From IMG/VR virus record IMGVR_UViG_3300040801_001572, positions 50,655-114,654 of that record: a DNA stretch of 64,000 nt; one strand, written 5' to 3'. Source of the DNA: a virus. Shown piece by piece: positions 10,029-19,166 of the stretch. Each line of letters opens with the position of its first letter. The first letter of the stretch is position 1. The notes below the pieces were generated by a model that saw only the letters and a list, made by a program, of their open reading frames with translations, was not told where the DNA came from and ran no database searches. The position numbers and the translations under genes are program-made.

Positions 10029-10870
10029 TAAGACCCCATAAAAAAATTTACAGGATTAAAGTCCACTGTAGATTTCCACTTGTGCTCGCACTTTTCACAT
10101 GTAGCATCAAAATCTTTGCGCACACCGATTGAATTAATGCTAGAAATAAGATTGTCTACAGCTTTGTAGGTTTTCTTATCGAGGTTAGCCATATATTCGT
10201 CTATGTGTGCTCGTTCTGTTACTTCCACTCCGTCTGGTGTAACAATTTTCTGAATGCTGTTGATTAACAGCTCGATGTTTGTTTCTGATATCTTTTGATA
10301 GCTCTTAGAGAACAGAGCAAGTCTAGTGTCTTCGTCTATGTTTTCTTTTGCAAACACTTTGCTGGCTTTGATCTGTTCAAACTGAATTTTAAGGGCACTT
10401 ACGCCGTCTTTATACGTGTACGGTCTTACGTATATGACTACCCCGCTCTCTGTGTGAACTGTGTATTCTGGGTCTAAATGATCCATTTGTGCCAAGTTTA
10501 CACTGAGGTCAACGGTGTAAGTATTTTCGTGCTGACAGTTCGGACAAGGAGTTTTGATTTCCAAATCCTCTGCATATGTAGCGTGTCGAATACCAATCAT
10601 AATAGCATCAACGTCGTTTGCCAGTAGCTGCTTTGGGTCTTTGATGCTAGGTGCACAGCTTTTGATAATATCTAGGATAGCATCGCCGTTAAGTAGTGCA
10701 TCTGGATTTTTAGTGATCATTTCATCACGTGCTGTCATTGGCATGATGCCAATTTCGCCTGAATCATTGAAGTCCACTACATCCGAGCCATAGTAGTTTG
10801 TGCCACTAGGCAAGCCGATGTAGATCTTTGTTGTCCTGAAATACTGTTGTAGCGGATTAGCTTCAGACAT
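10028..10870 (-). CDS. Baseplate hub subunit, gp26-like
   Basis: NPLQQYFR..LPSG, PMTARDE, DVDAIMIGIRHATY, two CxxC pairs, terminal NFF. Confidence 0.75.
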   Translation of the reverse strand: MSEANPLQQYFRTTKIYIGLPSGTNYYGSDVVDFNDSGEIGIMPMTARDEMITKNPDALLNGDAILDIIKSCAPSIKDPKQLLANDVDAIMIGIRHATYAEDLEIKTPCPNCQHENTYTVDLSVNLAQMDHLDPEYTVHTESGVVIYVRPYTYKDGVSALKIQFEQIKASKVFAKENIDEDTRLALFSKSYQKISETNIELLINSIQKIVTPDGVEVTERAHIDEYMANLDKKTYKAVDNLISSINSIGVRKDFDATCEKCEHKWKSTVDFNPVNFFMGS

Positions 10871-10945
10871 TTCGCAGTCTCCAAAAAGGTAGATAAATAA
10901 TAAACTACGACTATTTATCTACGTATTTAATGGTGGAAACAAAGA

Positions 10946-13012
10946 GTGGCTGATGGAGTAATTATTGAGGGCTATGGCCCCGGCGCGAAGCAGTGGGCAA
11001 CTGAAGCTACTCAGGCTCAGGTACTAGCGACCCTGCAAAAGCTAGGCAGGCTTTCAGAAGACCAAATCAAAGAGATCAAAAAGGCAGCAGATGCCCAGTC
11101 TCCTGACGAATTGTTTAAAGGTGTCAAAAAAGAAGCAGACGAGCTAGACGAAGCTTTAGACGAACTAGAAAGTAGTACTAAAGGTCAAACCAAAGCCACA
11201 AAAGCAGCCACAAAAGAAACCAAAAACTATGCCGCAGCATTAGGTAAGTCTCTGCAAGAAACTGGTATTGCTACAGCAGCAACACTGGCAGCAGCAGGCA
11301 CAGCATTCGCAGTTGGAGCAGCAGATCAGCTGCAGATGTACCTACAATTAAATGCAGCAGGTATGAATTTAACTAGTTCAGTCGACGGAGTTCGCTCAGG
11401 GCTAGAAACATTTGCACGTTCAGCAGAAACAGCAGAATTAAGATTTGCTGATCTAGCAGATCTACAGCAACGTTACGGCAACGTACTAAACCTGTACGGT
11501 GTGCAACAGTTTGCTCGTGATTCTCAGCAACTAAACAATCAATTGAGTGTGCTAGGTTTTACTAGCCAAGAAACAGCAGAGTTCTTGTCTAGCTATGCAG
11601 AACAACAGCGTTTCTTTAGTCTCCAAGAACAGCTAGGCTCCCAAGAAAACATTAGACGAATAAACGAGTCTGCAAAAAGCTTAGATTCGTGGAGTAAGGT
11701 ACTAGGTCGTTCCAGAACAGAGTTGTTAGATGATATCAAAGAAAGCCAGCAATCTAGTATAAATGTAGCAGGTTTCATTGCACAGCAGCTTGCAGGCGGA
11801 AACAACGATATTAAACAAGCAATGGCCGAAGTAGCCATCGGATTTGGTGATGCCGGTCAAGACGTAGCAGAATTATTTGCAGCTAGGGCAGCAGCAGAAG
11901 CTCCGATATTTCAACAATTAGCGATTACTGCACCTGATGCACTTAATGCATTATTAGATATGCGTGAGCAGGTCAGAAACGGAGTAATACCTACCACAGA
12001 AGAAATGGCGAGAGTTACTTCGCTGGTAACTGATGCATCTATCACCTCAGCAAAGGCTATGGGTCCGTTGGGCGACGAAGCTATGGCAACTATTTTAAGT
12101 ATGCAGAGGGCTAACGCAAATATAACGAAACGAGCAGAAATAGAAGCGAAAGAACAAGACAAAGCACTAGGTGCGCTTGCTGAGACAGCTAATGCTGTAA
12201 CTAATGTTCAGGGTTCATTTGAAAGATCAGAGGCAAAAGCAGTCGGCACAGAAGAGTCGATGGACATTATAACTCGACAGTTAGATAAACTAGCTAACGA
12301 AGTGTTGGCACCTCAAAAGCTAGCTGAGATAACAGATAACATCGGTGAAGCAGGCGCAGACCTAATTTCAGCATTAGATGGTACTGCAAACGGATTGTTA
12401 GATCTGGCCAACGATATTATCAGTCCAGACTACAGTACAGGCGAAATAATTGCTGCTGGTCTTGCAGGAATGTTCCTGAGTACCACGGTAGTAAAAGCAG
12501 CAGGTAGTGCTATTCTCGGCGGATTAGGAAAGTTATTAGGAGTTAAGTCCTTAGGCGGTGCACTAAGTACTACCGGAGCGGCCGCTGGCGGCCTTAGTAC
12601 TGGCGCAGCTTTAGGAGTTGCAGGTGCAGGTATTGTAGGCTACGGTGCAGGCTCCCTCTTTAATACAGGGTACGAAAGATTAACTGGATCTTCTGTCGGT
12701 AGTGACTTGTTTGATTTCTTTACTGGTGGTAGCCAAGAAGCGCAAGTGGCTGCAATGCTATCTTCATCTAACGTTAATGTGAGAAACTCACCTGGTGTAA
12801 TGCCTACTGATCAAGGAGCGTCAGTTAGTAAATCTACTCCTCCGACGTCGGCTAGCTTAACCACATCCTCTAGTCAAACCACAATGGACTCGATAAATAG
12901 CTTGATATCGGTTGTTCAAGAACAAACTTCTGCAGTACACAGATCAAATGAACAGCTAGACATGGCAGTAAGCCACCTCAAACAGATTAGAAGAAACACG
13001 GAAGATACTTAA
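10946..13012 (+). CDS. Tape-measure-like protein
   Basis: 688 aa, Ala/Gln-rich helical with Gly-rich hydrophobic C-terminal part; between hub and portal genes. Confidence 0.6.
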   Translation: MADGVIIEGYGPGAKQWATEATQAQVLATLQKLGRLSEDQIKEIKKAADAQSPDELFKGVKKEADELDEALDELESSTKGQTKATKAATKETKNYAAALGKSLQETGIATAATLAAAGTAFAVGAADQLQMYLQLNAAGMNLTSSVDGVRSGLETFARSAETAELRFADLADLQQRYGNVLNLYGVQQFARDSQQLNNQLSVLGFTSQETAEFLSSYAEQQRFFSLQEQLGSQENIRRINESAKSLDSWSKVLGRSRTELLDDIKESQQSSINVAGFIAQQLAGGNNDIKQAMAEVAIGFGDAGQDVAELFAARAAAEAPIFQQLAITAPDALNALLDMREQVRNGVIPTTEEMARVTSLVTDASITSAKAMGPLGDEAMATILSMQRANANITKRAEIEAKEQDKALGALAETANAVTNVQGSFERSEAKAVGTEESMDIITRQLDKLANEVLAPQKLAEITDNIGEAGADLISALDGTANGLLDLANDIISPDYSTGEIIAAGLAGMFLSTTVVKAAGSAILGGLGKLLGVKSLGGALSTTGAAAGGLSTGAALGVAGAGIVGYGAGSLFNTGYERLTGSSVGSDLFDFFTGGSQEAQVAAMLSSSNVNVRNSPGVMPTDQGASVSKSTPPTSASLTTSSSQTTMDSINSLISVVQEQTSAVHRSNEQLDMAVSHLKQIRRNTEDT

Positions 13013-14715
13013 TGTCTTGGAAAAAACATTTTCGACCAGTCAACTCGGTGTTGCCTGCACAGTCTAGAAACATAGACAGCTCGTATGCTAGCGCAAGCAA
13101 GTACAATTCTTGGCTGCCGGAAGTGTATGCAGGTCCGCCTGACAGATTGCAGCGTTACAACATATACGAAACAATGAATCTGGACCATGAGATTCATGCA
13201 GCCCTAGACACTATTGCTGATTTTTCAACAGAAGAAGATAACGAGACTAAACTTCCGTTTGTGTTTGAGTGGGGTGATGATCCTACTCCGAACGAAATGC
13301 AAATCTTAGAAAAGAGTTTGCGTCAATGGTGTATTCTGAACGAATGGAACAAGCGTATCTGGAGTATGTTCCGCGGCGTATTAATGTACGGCGACCAGTT
13401 CTTTATTCGCGACCCCGAGTCTTACAAGCTATTCTGGTGCGATCCTAACAAGGTCATGAAAGTGATTGTCAATGAAAGCGAAGGCAAGAAAATCGAGCAG
13501 TATTATATGAAAGACCTCGATTTAAACCTTAAGGATCTTGTTGCAACTAGTATGCAGGGTGCAAACCAAGATCATTACGGATCTACTAGCTTGGTGTTTA
13601 GCCCACCGCTCAATGGCAACATGAACTATACGTCCACATATTACGCTACACCAGGTGGAGGCACAGACAGCTTCCAGACAGCAGACGAAGTAGCAGTAGA
13701 TGCTAACAATGTAGTACAGGTTACCATGAGTGACGGTATGAATGCTGCATGGCCATTTGGTCTTAGCATCCTCGAATACGTATATAAAGTATATAAGCAG
13801 AAAGAACTGCTAGAAGACAGCATCCTGATTTACAGAGTACACCGTGCACCAGAACGTCGTGTGTTCTTCATTGACGTGGGTAGCATGCCACCTAACAAGG
13901 CACAGCAATACCTAGAACGTATTCGCTACGAAGTACAGCAGAAGCGTATTCCTAGCCGCACAGGCGGCGGCCAGAACATTGTTGACTCTGCATACAATCC
14001 TATGAGTATGCTAGAAGACTATTTCTTTGCTGTAACAAGCGAAGGCCGCGGATCTAAAGTAGAAACACTACCAGGCGGCGAAAACTTAGGAGATATTGAC
14101 GACCTAAGATACTTTAACAACAAGATGCTACGTGCACTAGGTGTACCTAGCAGTTACTTGCCTACTGGTCCAGAAGATGGTACAGCAAGCTATAATGACG
14201 GCAGAGTAGGCACAGCGTTTATTCAAGAATTCCGCTTTGCTAAGGTGTGTGAGCGTTATCAAAGGCACATTATTAAGCCGCTTGACGAAGAATTTAAGTT
14301 GTTCCTAAAGAAACGTGGTGTACAGATTGATAACAGCTTGTTTGAGCTGAAGTTTACTCCTCCGCAGAGCTTTAGCGAATACAGACAGCTTGAGCTTGAT
14401 GCTGCACAAATCAATGTATTCGGTGCTATGTCCGAAGTGCCATATATTTCTAAGAGATTTGCACTAAAACGTTATCTCGGACTAAGTAACACTGAAGTTT
14501 CCGAAAACGAAAAACTTTGGAAAGAAGAAAAAGGCGATCAGCCTGCAGATGATGAACCAACAGGTAATGCTGCGTTAGGAGACATTGGCATTACACCGAG
14601 TGGCATAGATAACATGGCACCAGAGGGCGGGTTCGAGGATGCAGAAGATACAGAATCTGGCGCCGAAGAGTTAGATGTTAGTCAGGACGAAATTTCTAAT
14701 TTTGGAGAGGAATAA
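13012..14715 (+). CDS. gp20: Portal protein, T4 gp20
   Basis: LEDSILIYRVHRAPERRVFFIDVG, SMLEDYF, ETLPGGENLGDIDD. Confidence 0.95.
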   Translation: MSWKKHFRPVNSVLPAQSRNIDSSYASASKYNSWLPEVYAGPPDRLQRYNIYETMNLDHEIHAALDTIADFSTEEDNETKLPFVFEWGDDPTPNEMQILEKSLRQWCILNEWNKRIWSMFRGVLMYGDQFFIRDPESYKLFWCDPNKVMKVIVNESEGKKIEQYYMKDLDLNLKDLVATSMQGANQDHYGSTSLVFSPPLNGNMNYTSTYYATPGGGTDSFQTADEVAVDANNVVQVTMSDGMNAAWPFGLSILEYVYKVYKQKELLEDSILIYRVHRAPERRVFFIDVGSMPPNKAQQYLERIRYEVQQKRIPSRTGGGQNIVDSAYNPMSMLEDYFFAVTSEGRGSKVETLPGGENLGDIDDLRYFNNKMLRALGVPSSYLPTGPEDGTASYNDGRVGTAFIQEFRFAKVCERYQRHIIKPLDEEFKLFLKKRGVQIDNSLFELKFTPPQSFSEYRQLELDAAQINVFGAMSEVPYISKRFALKRYLGLSNTEVSENEKLWKEEKGDQPADDEPTGNAALGDIGITPSGIDNMAPEGGFEDAEDTESGAEELDVSQDEISNFGEE

Positions 14716-14927
14716 TGAAAGCTAGGGAAATGTTGGTGGAATTCTACGACATGGCCAACGATGATTTGGAGCAGTGGAATTACGACGATACACGCCGACC
14801 TAGATTGACCCTAGGGCAGTTGCATAAGATGAGACTTGCTAAGGATGCCGAGAGAGCAGATAAAGCAGATCATCTTGCATTTTTGCCTACCATGTACAAT
14901 CAAAGTACTGGTTTAGAGGGTGAATAA
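14715..14927 (+). CDS. Small head-module protein
   Basis: SD-led ORF coupled to portal; DTRRPRLTL. Confidence 0.6.
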   Translation: MKAREMLVEFYDMANDDLEQWNYDDTRRPRLTLGQLHKMRLAKDAERADKADHLAFLPTMYNQSTGLEGE

Positions 14928-15107
14928 ACCCAGCTAAAAAATACAGTAAAACACAAACGAAATTTTACTGAACACCGCATAAATATCACACAGGGTCGCA
15001 AAAACACCTTCTTTTTGACCCTTTTGCCCCTTCTTTTGTCTTTTTTCTATTAAATACTGTTAGATAATTTATGTATCTACATATTTCTATTAAGGAGACT
15101 GCAAGCA

Positions 15108-16040
15108 ATGTCACAACAATCAAAACTTGAGCAGATTCTTGATTTCCTAGTAAACGAGGAGACAGAAAAGGCTGAAGACCTACTGCATGATCTCGTTGTA
15201 GAAAAGGCCCGCAATATCTACGAAGAGCTAGTCAACGAAGAAGACGACGACGAAGCTGAGATGGACGAAGAGATGGAAGAGTCTATCGGCGGAGATATGA
15301 AGCAGGACTTTGTCGGCGAAATCGAGGCTGCAAAAGAAGACATCCAAGCTGACGAACTTCAAGACGGTCACGTAAGTGAAGACGAAGATGAAGACAGCGA
15401 TGACGAAGAAGAACATAGCGAACATGACTACGACGGCGACGGCGAACATGACGATCACGAAGAAGATCACATGGACGTTGAAGACAAAGTCGAAGATCTA
15501 GAAAAAGAGCTGGAAGAGCTACGCGCAGATTTCGAACGCCTAATGGCAGACGAAATGGAAGAGCCATACCACGATGAAGAAGATTTCAACATGGATATGG
15601 ACAGCGGCGAAGGCACAATGGGCGACATGGAAGACGAGATGCCAGAAGGCATGTACGAAGATGAAGCTCTTGAAGAAGCTACTAAGCTACAGCACGAAGT
15701 TCCAGGTACTGGACAGGAAACAGAGTCCGGTAAGCTAGCAGGAACAGGTGCACACTCCAAGACAGGTGCTACTGGTAAAGAAGCTCCGTATACAAATGCT
15801 CCTTCAAAGAGCGTAGACGGTTCTGATCCAGTTGATTTCACCAAAGGTACTGCACCAGAGGGCGGTAGCGCAGAATCAGCAAAAGATCACACACCTAGCT
15901 CAAACATCGACGAAAATCCGTCCGATGTTAGCCACGGTGAACAAACAGCTGAAGGCGACTTTGTAGGAACAGGTAAGGGGTCTAAGAAAGGTGCAACAAA
16001 CACCGATAGCCCACTTACTGATGCTCCTAAGAAGCCGTAA
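15108..16040 (+). CDS. Highly acidic prohead core protein
   Basis: Asp/Glu-rich; between portal and protease. Confidence 0.6.
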   Translation: MSQQSKLEQILDFLVNEETEKAEDLLHDLVVEKARNIYEELVNEEDDDEAEMDEEMEESIGGDMKQDFVGEIEAAKEDIQADELQDGHVSEDEDEDSDDEEEHSEHDYDGDGEHDDHEEDHMDVEDKVEDLEKELEELRADFERLMADEMEEPYHDEEDFNMDMDSGEGTMGDMEDEMPEGMYEDEALEEATKLQHEVPGTGQETESGKLAGTGAHSKTGATGKEAPYTNAPSKSVDGSDPVDFTKGTAPEGGSAESAKDHTPSSNIDENPSDVSHGEQTAEGDFVGTGKGSKKGATNTDSPLTDAPKKP

Positions 16041-16051
16041 CGGTGAGGTAA

Positions 16052-16690
16052 GTGGTGGCGAACAAGCTGTATGAATACTTGAACTTTGATACTGCTCATT
16101 GTGTGTTGGAAGAATCTGACAACGGCAAGGGCGGAAAAGATCTTTTCATGAAAGGGATCTTTATTCAGGGTGACGTTCGTAATCAGAACCAGCGTGTTTA
16201 TCCACTGAGAGAGATCAATCAAGCAGTTAACATCATCAATGAGAAAATCAACGGTGGTGAACCTGTACTAGGTGAACTTGATCACCCTGAAGAGTTATCA
16301 ATCAACCTCGATCGTGTATCACACATGATCACTGAGATGTGGATGGATGGCAACGATGGGTACGGTAAGCTTAAGATTGTTCCTACTCCGTGCGGAGAAA
16401 TTGCAAGGACATTGCTACATTCGGGAGCGAAACTAGGTGTTAGCTCCCGTGGTTCTGGCAATGTTGATGACTCCGGTGCTGTGAGTGATTTCGAAATAGT
16501 CACAGTTGATATCGTAGCGCAACCGAGCGCGCCAGATGCTTATCCACGCACAATTTACGAGAGCCTATTTAACATGAAAGGTGGTTCTCAGATCTTAGAG
16601 ACAGCACGTGGTGTTGTCCATAATGATCCATATGCACAGAAACACTTACAGAAAGACATTATCAAGTTTATTAACGAACTTAAAATTTAA
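16052..16690 (+). CDS. gp21: Prohead protease, T4 gp21
   Basis: GELDHP, GVSSRGSG, DIVAQPSAPDA. Confidence 0.95.
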   Translation: MVANKLYEYLNFDTAHCVLEESDNGKGGKDLFMKGIFIQGDVRNQNQRVYPLREINQAVNIINEKINGGEPVLGELDHPEELSINLDRVSHMITEMWMDGNDGYGKLKIVPTPCGEIARTLLHSGAKLGVSSRGSGNVDDSGAVSDFEIVTVDIVAQPSAPDAYPRTIYESLFNMKGGSQILETARGVVHNDPYAQKHLQKDIIKFINELKI

Positions 16691-16704
16691 GGGAGAAACT
16701 CAAG

Positions 16705-17826
16705 ATGCCAAAGGATATCAACAAAGTCTTGAGTGAGAGCGCAAGTCTAACAGAGGAGCAGCAGGCTCAGATTAGCGAAGCATGGGAAGCAAAGCTTGAA
16801 GAAGCTCGCGAAGAAGTTACAGCCCAGCTACGTGAAGAGTATGCAAAAAAGTACGAGCACGATAAAGGTGTTCTTGCTGAAGCAGTAGATCAGTTCCTCA
16901 CTGATAAGATTCGCGTTGAACTCGAAGAATTTGCCGAAGACAAGAAGGCACTTGTCGCAGAACGCATTGCGTACAAAGGCAAGATTACAGAACACACTGA
17001 GCTCCTAAACAAGTTCATCACAGAAGCAGTTGCAAAGGAAGTAAAAGAACTACATTCAGACAAGGCGCGCATGTCAGAGAGCATGAAGCAGCTTGAAAAT
17101 TTTGTTCTTAAGCAACTAGCAGAAGAGATTCGCGAATTCCGTTCGGATAAGCGCGAGCTTGTTGAGCAAAAAGTTAAGATGGTTGCAGAGGGCAAGGAGA
17201 AGTTGGCCGAAACCAAGAAGCAATTTATCAAACGTGCTGCTAAGGTTGTTGAAGAAAACATCAACAAGGTTCTTAGAACTGAAATTGATCAATTCAAAGA
17301 TGACATCAAGTTTGCACGTGAAAATGAGTTTGGTCGTCGCATGTTTGAGGCTTTCGTTGGCGAGTACATGACTTCACACCTAAATGAAGGTACTGAAGTT
17401 AGCAAGCTAGTTAAAGTTATCGAAGCGAAGGACGCAGAGATTAATGCATTGTCTACATCTGTTTCAGAGAAGGCGAAAATTGCAGAAGGTCTTGAGTCTC
17501 AGCTTAATGTGGCAAAAGATCGAATTAACAGAACTAAAGTAATGTCCGAACTACTGTCTCCACTTTCTAACGAAAAGAAAGCAGTAATGAAAGACTTACT
17601 TGAATCAGTACAGACACAAGATCTTGAAAAGCAGTACAACAAGTATCTACCTGCTGTACTAAACGAAACGGCTGTTCCTCAGAAGAAAGCAAAAACACTC
17701 ACAGAGAACAAAAAACTTTCTGAAAGAACAGGAAACAGGGCTACTGATAAAGCCCTCCAAGAGAGCATCGACAATGAGACCAAGTCTCAGCTTGACGAGA
17801 TTAGGGCTCTTGCAGGTTTAAAATAA
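16705..17826 (+). CDS. gp22: Prohead scaffold, T4 gp22-like
   Basis: Coiled-coil protein between gp21 and gp23. Confidence 0.8.
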   Translation: MPKDINKVLSESASLTEEQQAQISEAWEAKLEEAREEVTAQLREEYAKKYEHDKGVLAEAVDQFLTDKIRVELEEFAEDKKALVAERIAYKGKITEHTELLNKFITEAVAKEVKELHSDKARMSESMKQLENFVLKQLAEEIREFRSDKRELVEQKVKMVAEGKEKLAETKKQFIKRAAKVVEENINKVLRTEIDQFKDDIKFARENEFGRRMFEAFVGEYMTSHLNEGTEVSKLVKVIEAKDAEINALSTSVSEKAKIAEGLESQLNVAKDRINRTKVMSELLSPLSNEKKAVMKDLLESVQTQDLEKQYNKYLPAVLNETAVPQKKAKTLTENKKLSERTGNRATDKALQESIDNETKSQLDEIRALAGLK

Positions 17827-17841
17827 TAGGAGAATAAAACA

Positions 17842-19044
17842 ATGGCAAATAAGCTATTTGAAAGCAACTGGGGTGCTACCAAGGACGCTCTTCTTGAAGG
17901 CCTTGACGGTTCCCGCAGATCAACAATGGAAACTGTACTTGAGAACGCTCGTAAGCACATGAGCAACAACGTGCTAACAGAATCCGCTACAGGCGGCGCA
18001 ACTCAAGCAGGTAACATTGCAGTACTTAACAAGGTAATGCTTCCGCTGATCCGACGTGTTATGCCTACTGTTATTGCTAACGAAATCATGGGTGTTCAGC
18101 CTATGACTGGTCCTGTTGGCCAGATCCACACTCTACGTGTTCGTTACGCTGACAGCAAAGCTGGCCTAACAGCTGGTACAGAAGCACTATCTCCGTTCGA
18201 ACTAGCTCGCGCTTACTCCGGTAACGAAGTAGCTAACGGCGGAACAAACCCTGCACCAGGTGCGGCACAGACAGCAATGCTAGAAGGCCTACCAGGTAAC
18301 AGACTAAGCATCCAGATCTTGAAAGAGACTGTTGAAGCTAAGTCTCGTAAACTAAGCGCTCGTTGGACTTTCGAAGCTGCTCAAGACGCTAACGCTATTC
18401 ACGGTGTTGACGTTGAAGCTGAGATCATGCAGGCGCTAGCACAAGAGATCACTGTTGAGATCGACCAGGAAATGCTACAAAACCTACGTAACCTAGTTCC
18501 AGTTGCTCCGGTAACTTTCGACCAGGGTGCGGTAAGTGGTACTGCTACTTACGTTGGTGACGAGCACGCCGCTCTAGCGGTACTGATCAACCAACAGGCG
18601 AACCTAATCGCTGCACGTACACGTCGTGGCGCTGCTAACTGGGCGGTTGTATCCCCAACCACTCTAACTATCATGCAGTCTGCTACTACTTCTACTTTTG
18701 CACGTACAACTGAAGGTACTTTTGAAGCACCTACAAACACCAAGTTTGTTGGTACTCTAAACAGCACCATGCGTGTATACGTAGACCAGTACGCTGCTGA
18801 CGATGAAGCGGTTCTTATTGGTTACAAAGGTCCTACTGAGACTGATGCTGCGGCATACTACTGCCCATACATTCCTCTAATGAGCACCGGTCCTGTAATG
18901 GATCCAGACACCTTCGAGCCAGTGGTTAGCTTTATGACCCGTTACGGTTATCTAGAGCTTACTAACACTGCTAACAGCTTCGGTAACGCAGCTGACTATC
19001 TAAGCAAGGTTGGTATCAACTCCGCTAACTTGAAGTTCCTCTAA
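17842..19044 (+). CDS. gp23: Major capsid protein, T4 gp23-like
   Basis: GVQPMTGPVGQI, EAKSRKLSARWTFE, YCPYIPL, FEPVVSFMTRYG. Confidence 0.96.
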   Translation: MANKLFESNWGATKDALLEGLDGSRRSTMETVLENARKHMSNNVLTESATGGATQAGNIAVLNKVMLPLIRRVMPTVIANEIMGVQPMTGPVGQIHTLRVRYADSKAGLTAGTEALSPFELARAYSGNEVANGGTNPAPGAAQTAMLEGLPGNRLSIQILKETVEAKSRKLSARWTFEAAQDANAIHGVDVEAEIMQALAQEITVEIDQEMLQNLRNLVPVAPVTFDQGAVSGTATYVGDEHAALAVLINQQANLIAARTRRGAANWAVVSPTTLTIMQSATTSTFARTTEGTFEAPTNTKFVGTLNSTMRVYVDQYAADDEAVLIGYKGPTETDAAAYYCPYIPLMSTGPVMDPDTFEPVVSFMTRYGYLELTNTANSFGNAADYLSKVGINSANLKFL

Positions 19045-19070
19045 TCGTAAGATTAGTAACCTTAATAGAG

Positions 19071-19098
19071 AAAGCGCTCCTTATGGGGCGCTTTTTTT
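19071..19098 (+). terminator. Intrinsic terminator after capsid gene
   Basis: AAAGCGCTCC-ttat-GGGGCGCTTT then T run. Confidence 0.85.
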
Positions 19099-19166
19099 AT
19101 GCCCGCTAAATTTTATCCAAAATCTTGATAAATACTGAAAACATCCATTTCTTAGGACAGAGTTAG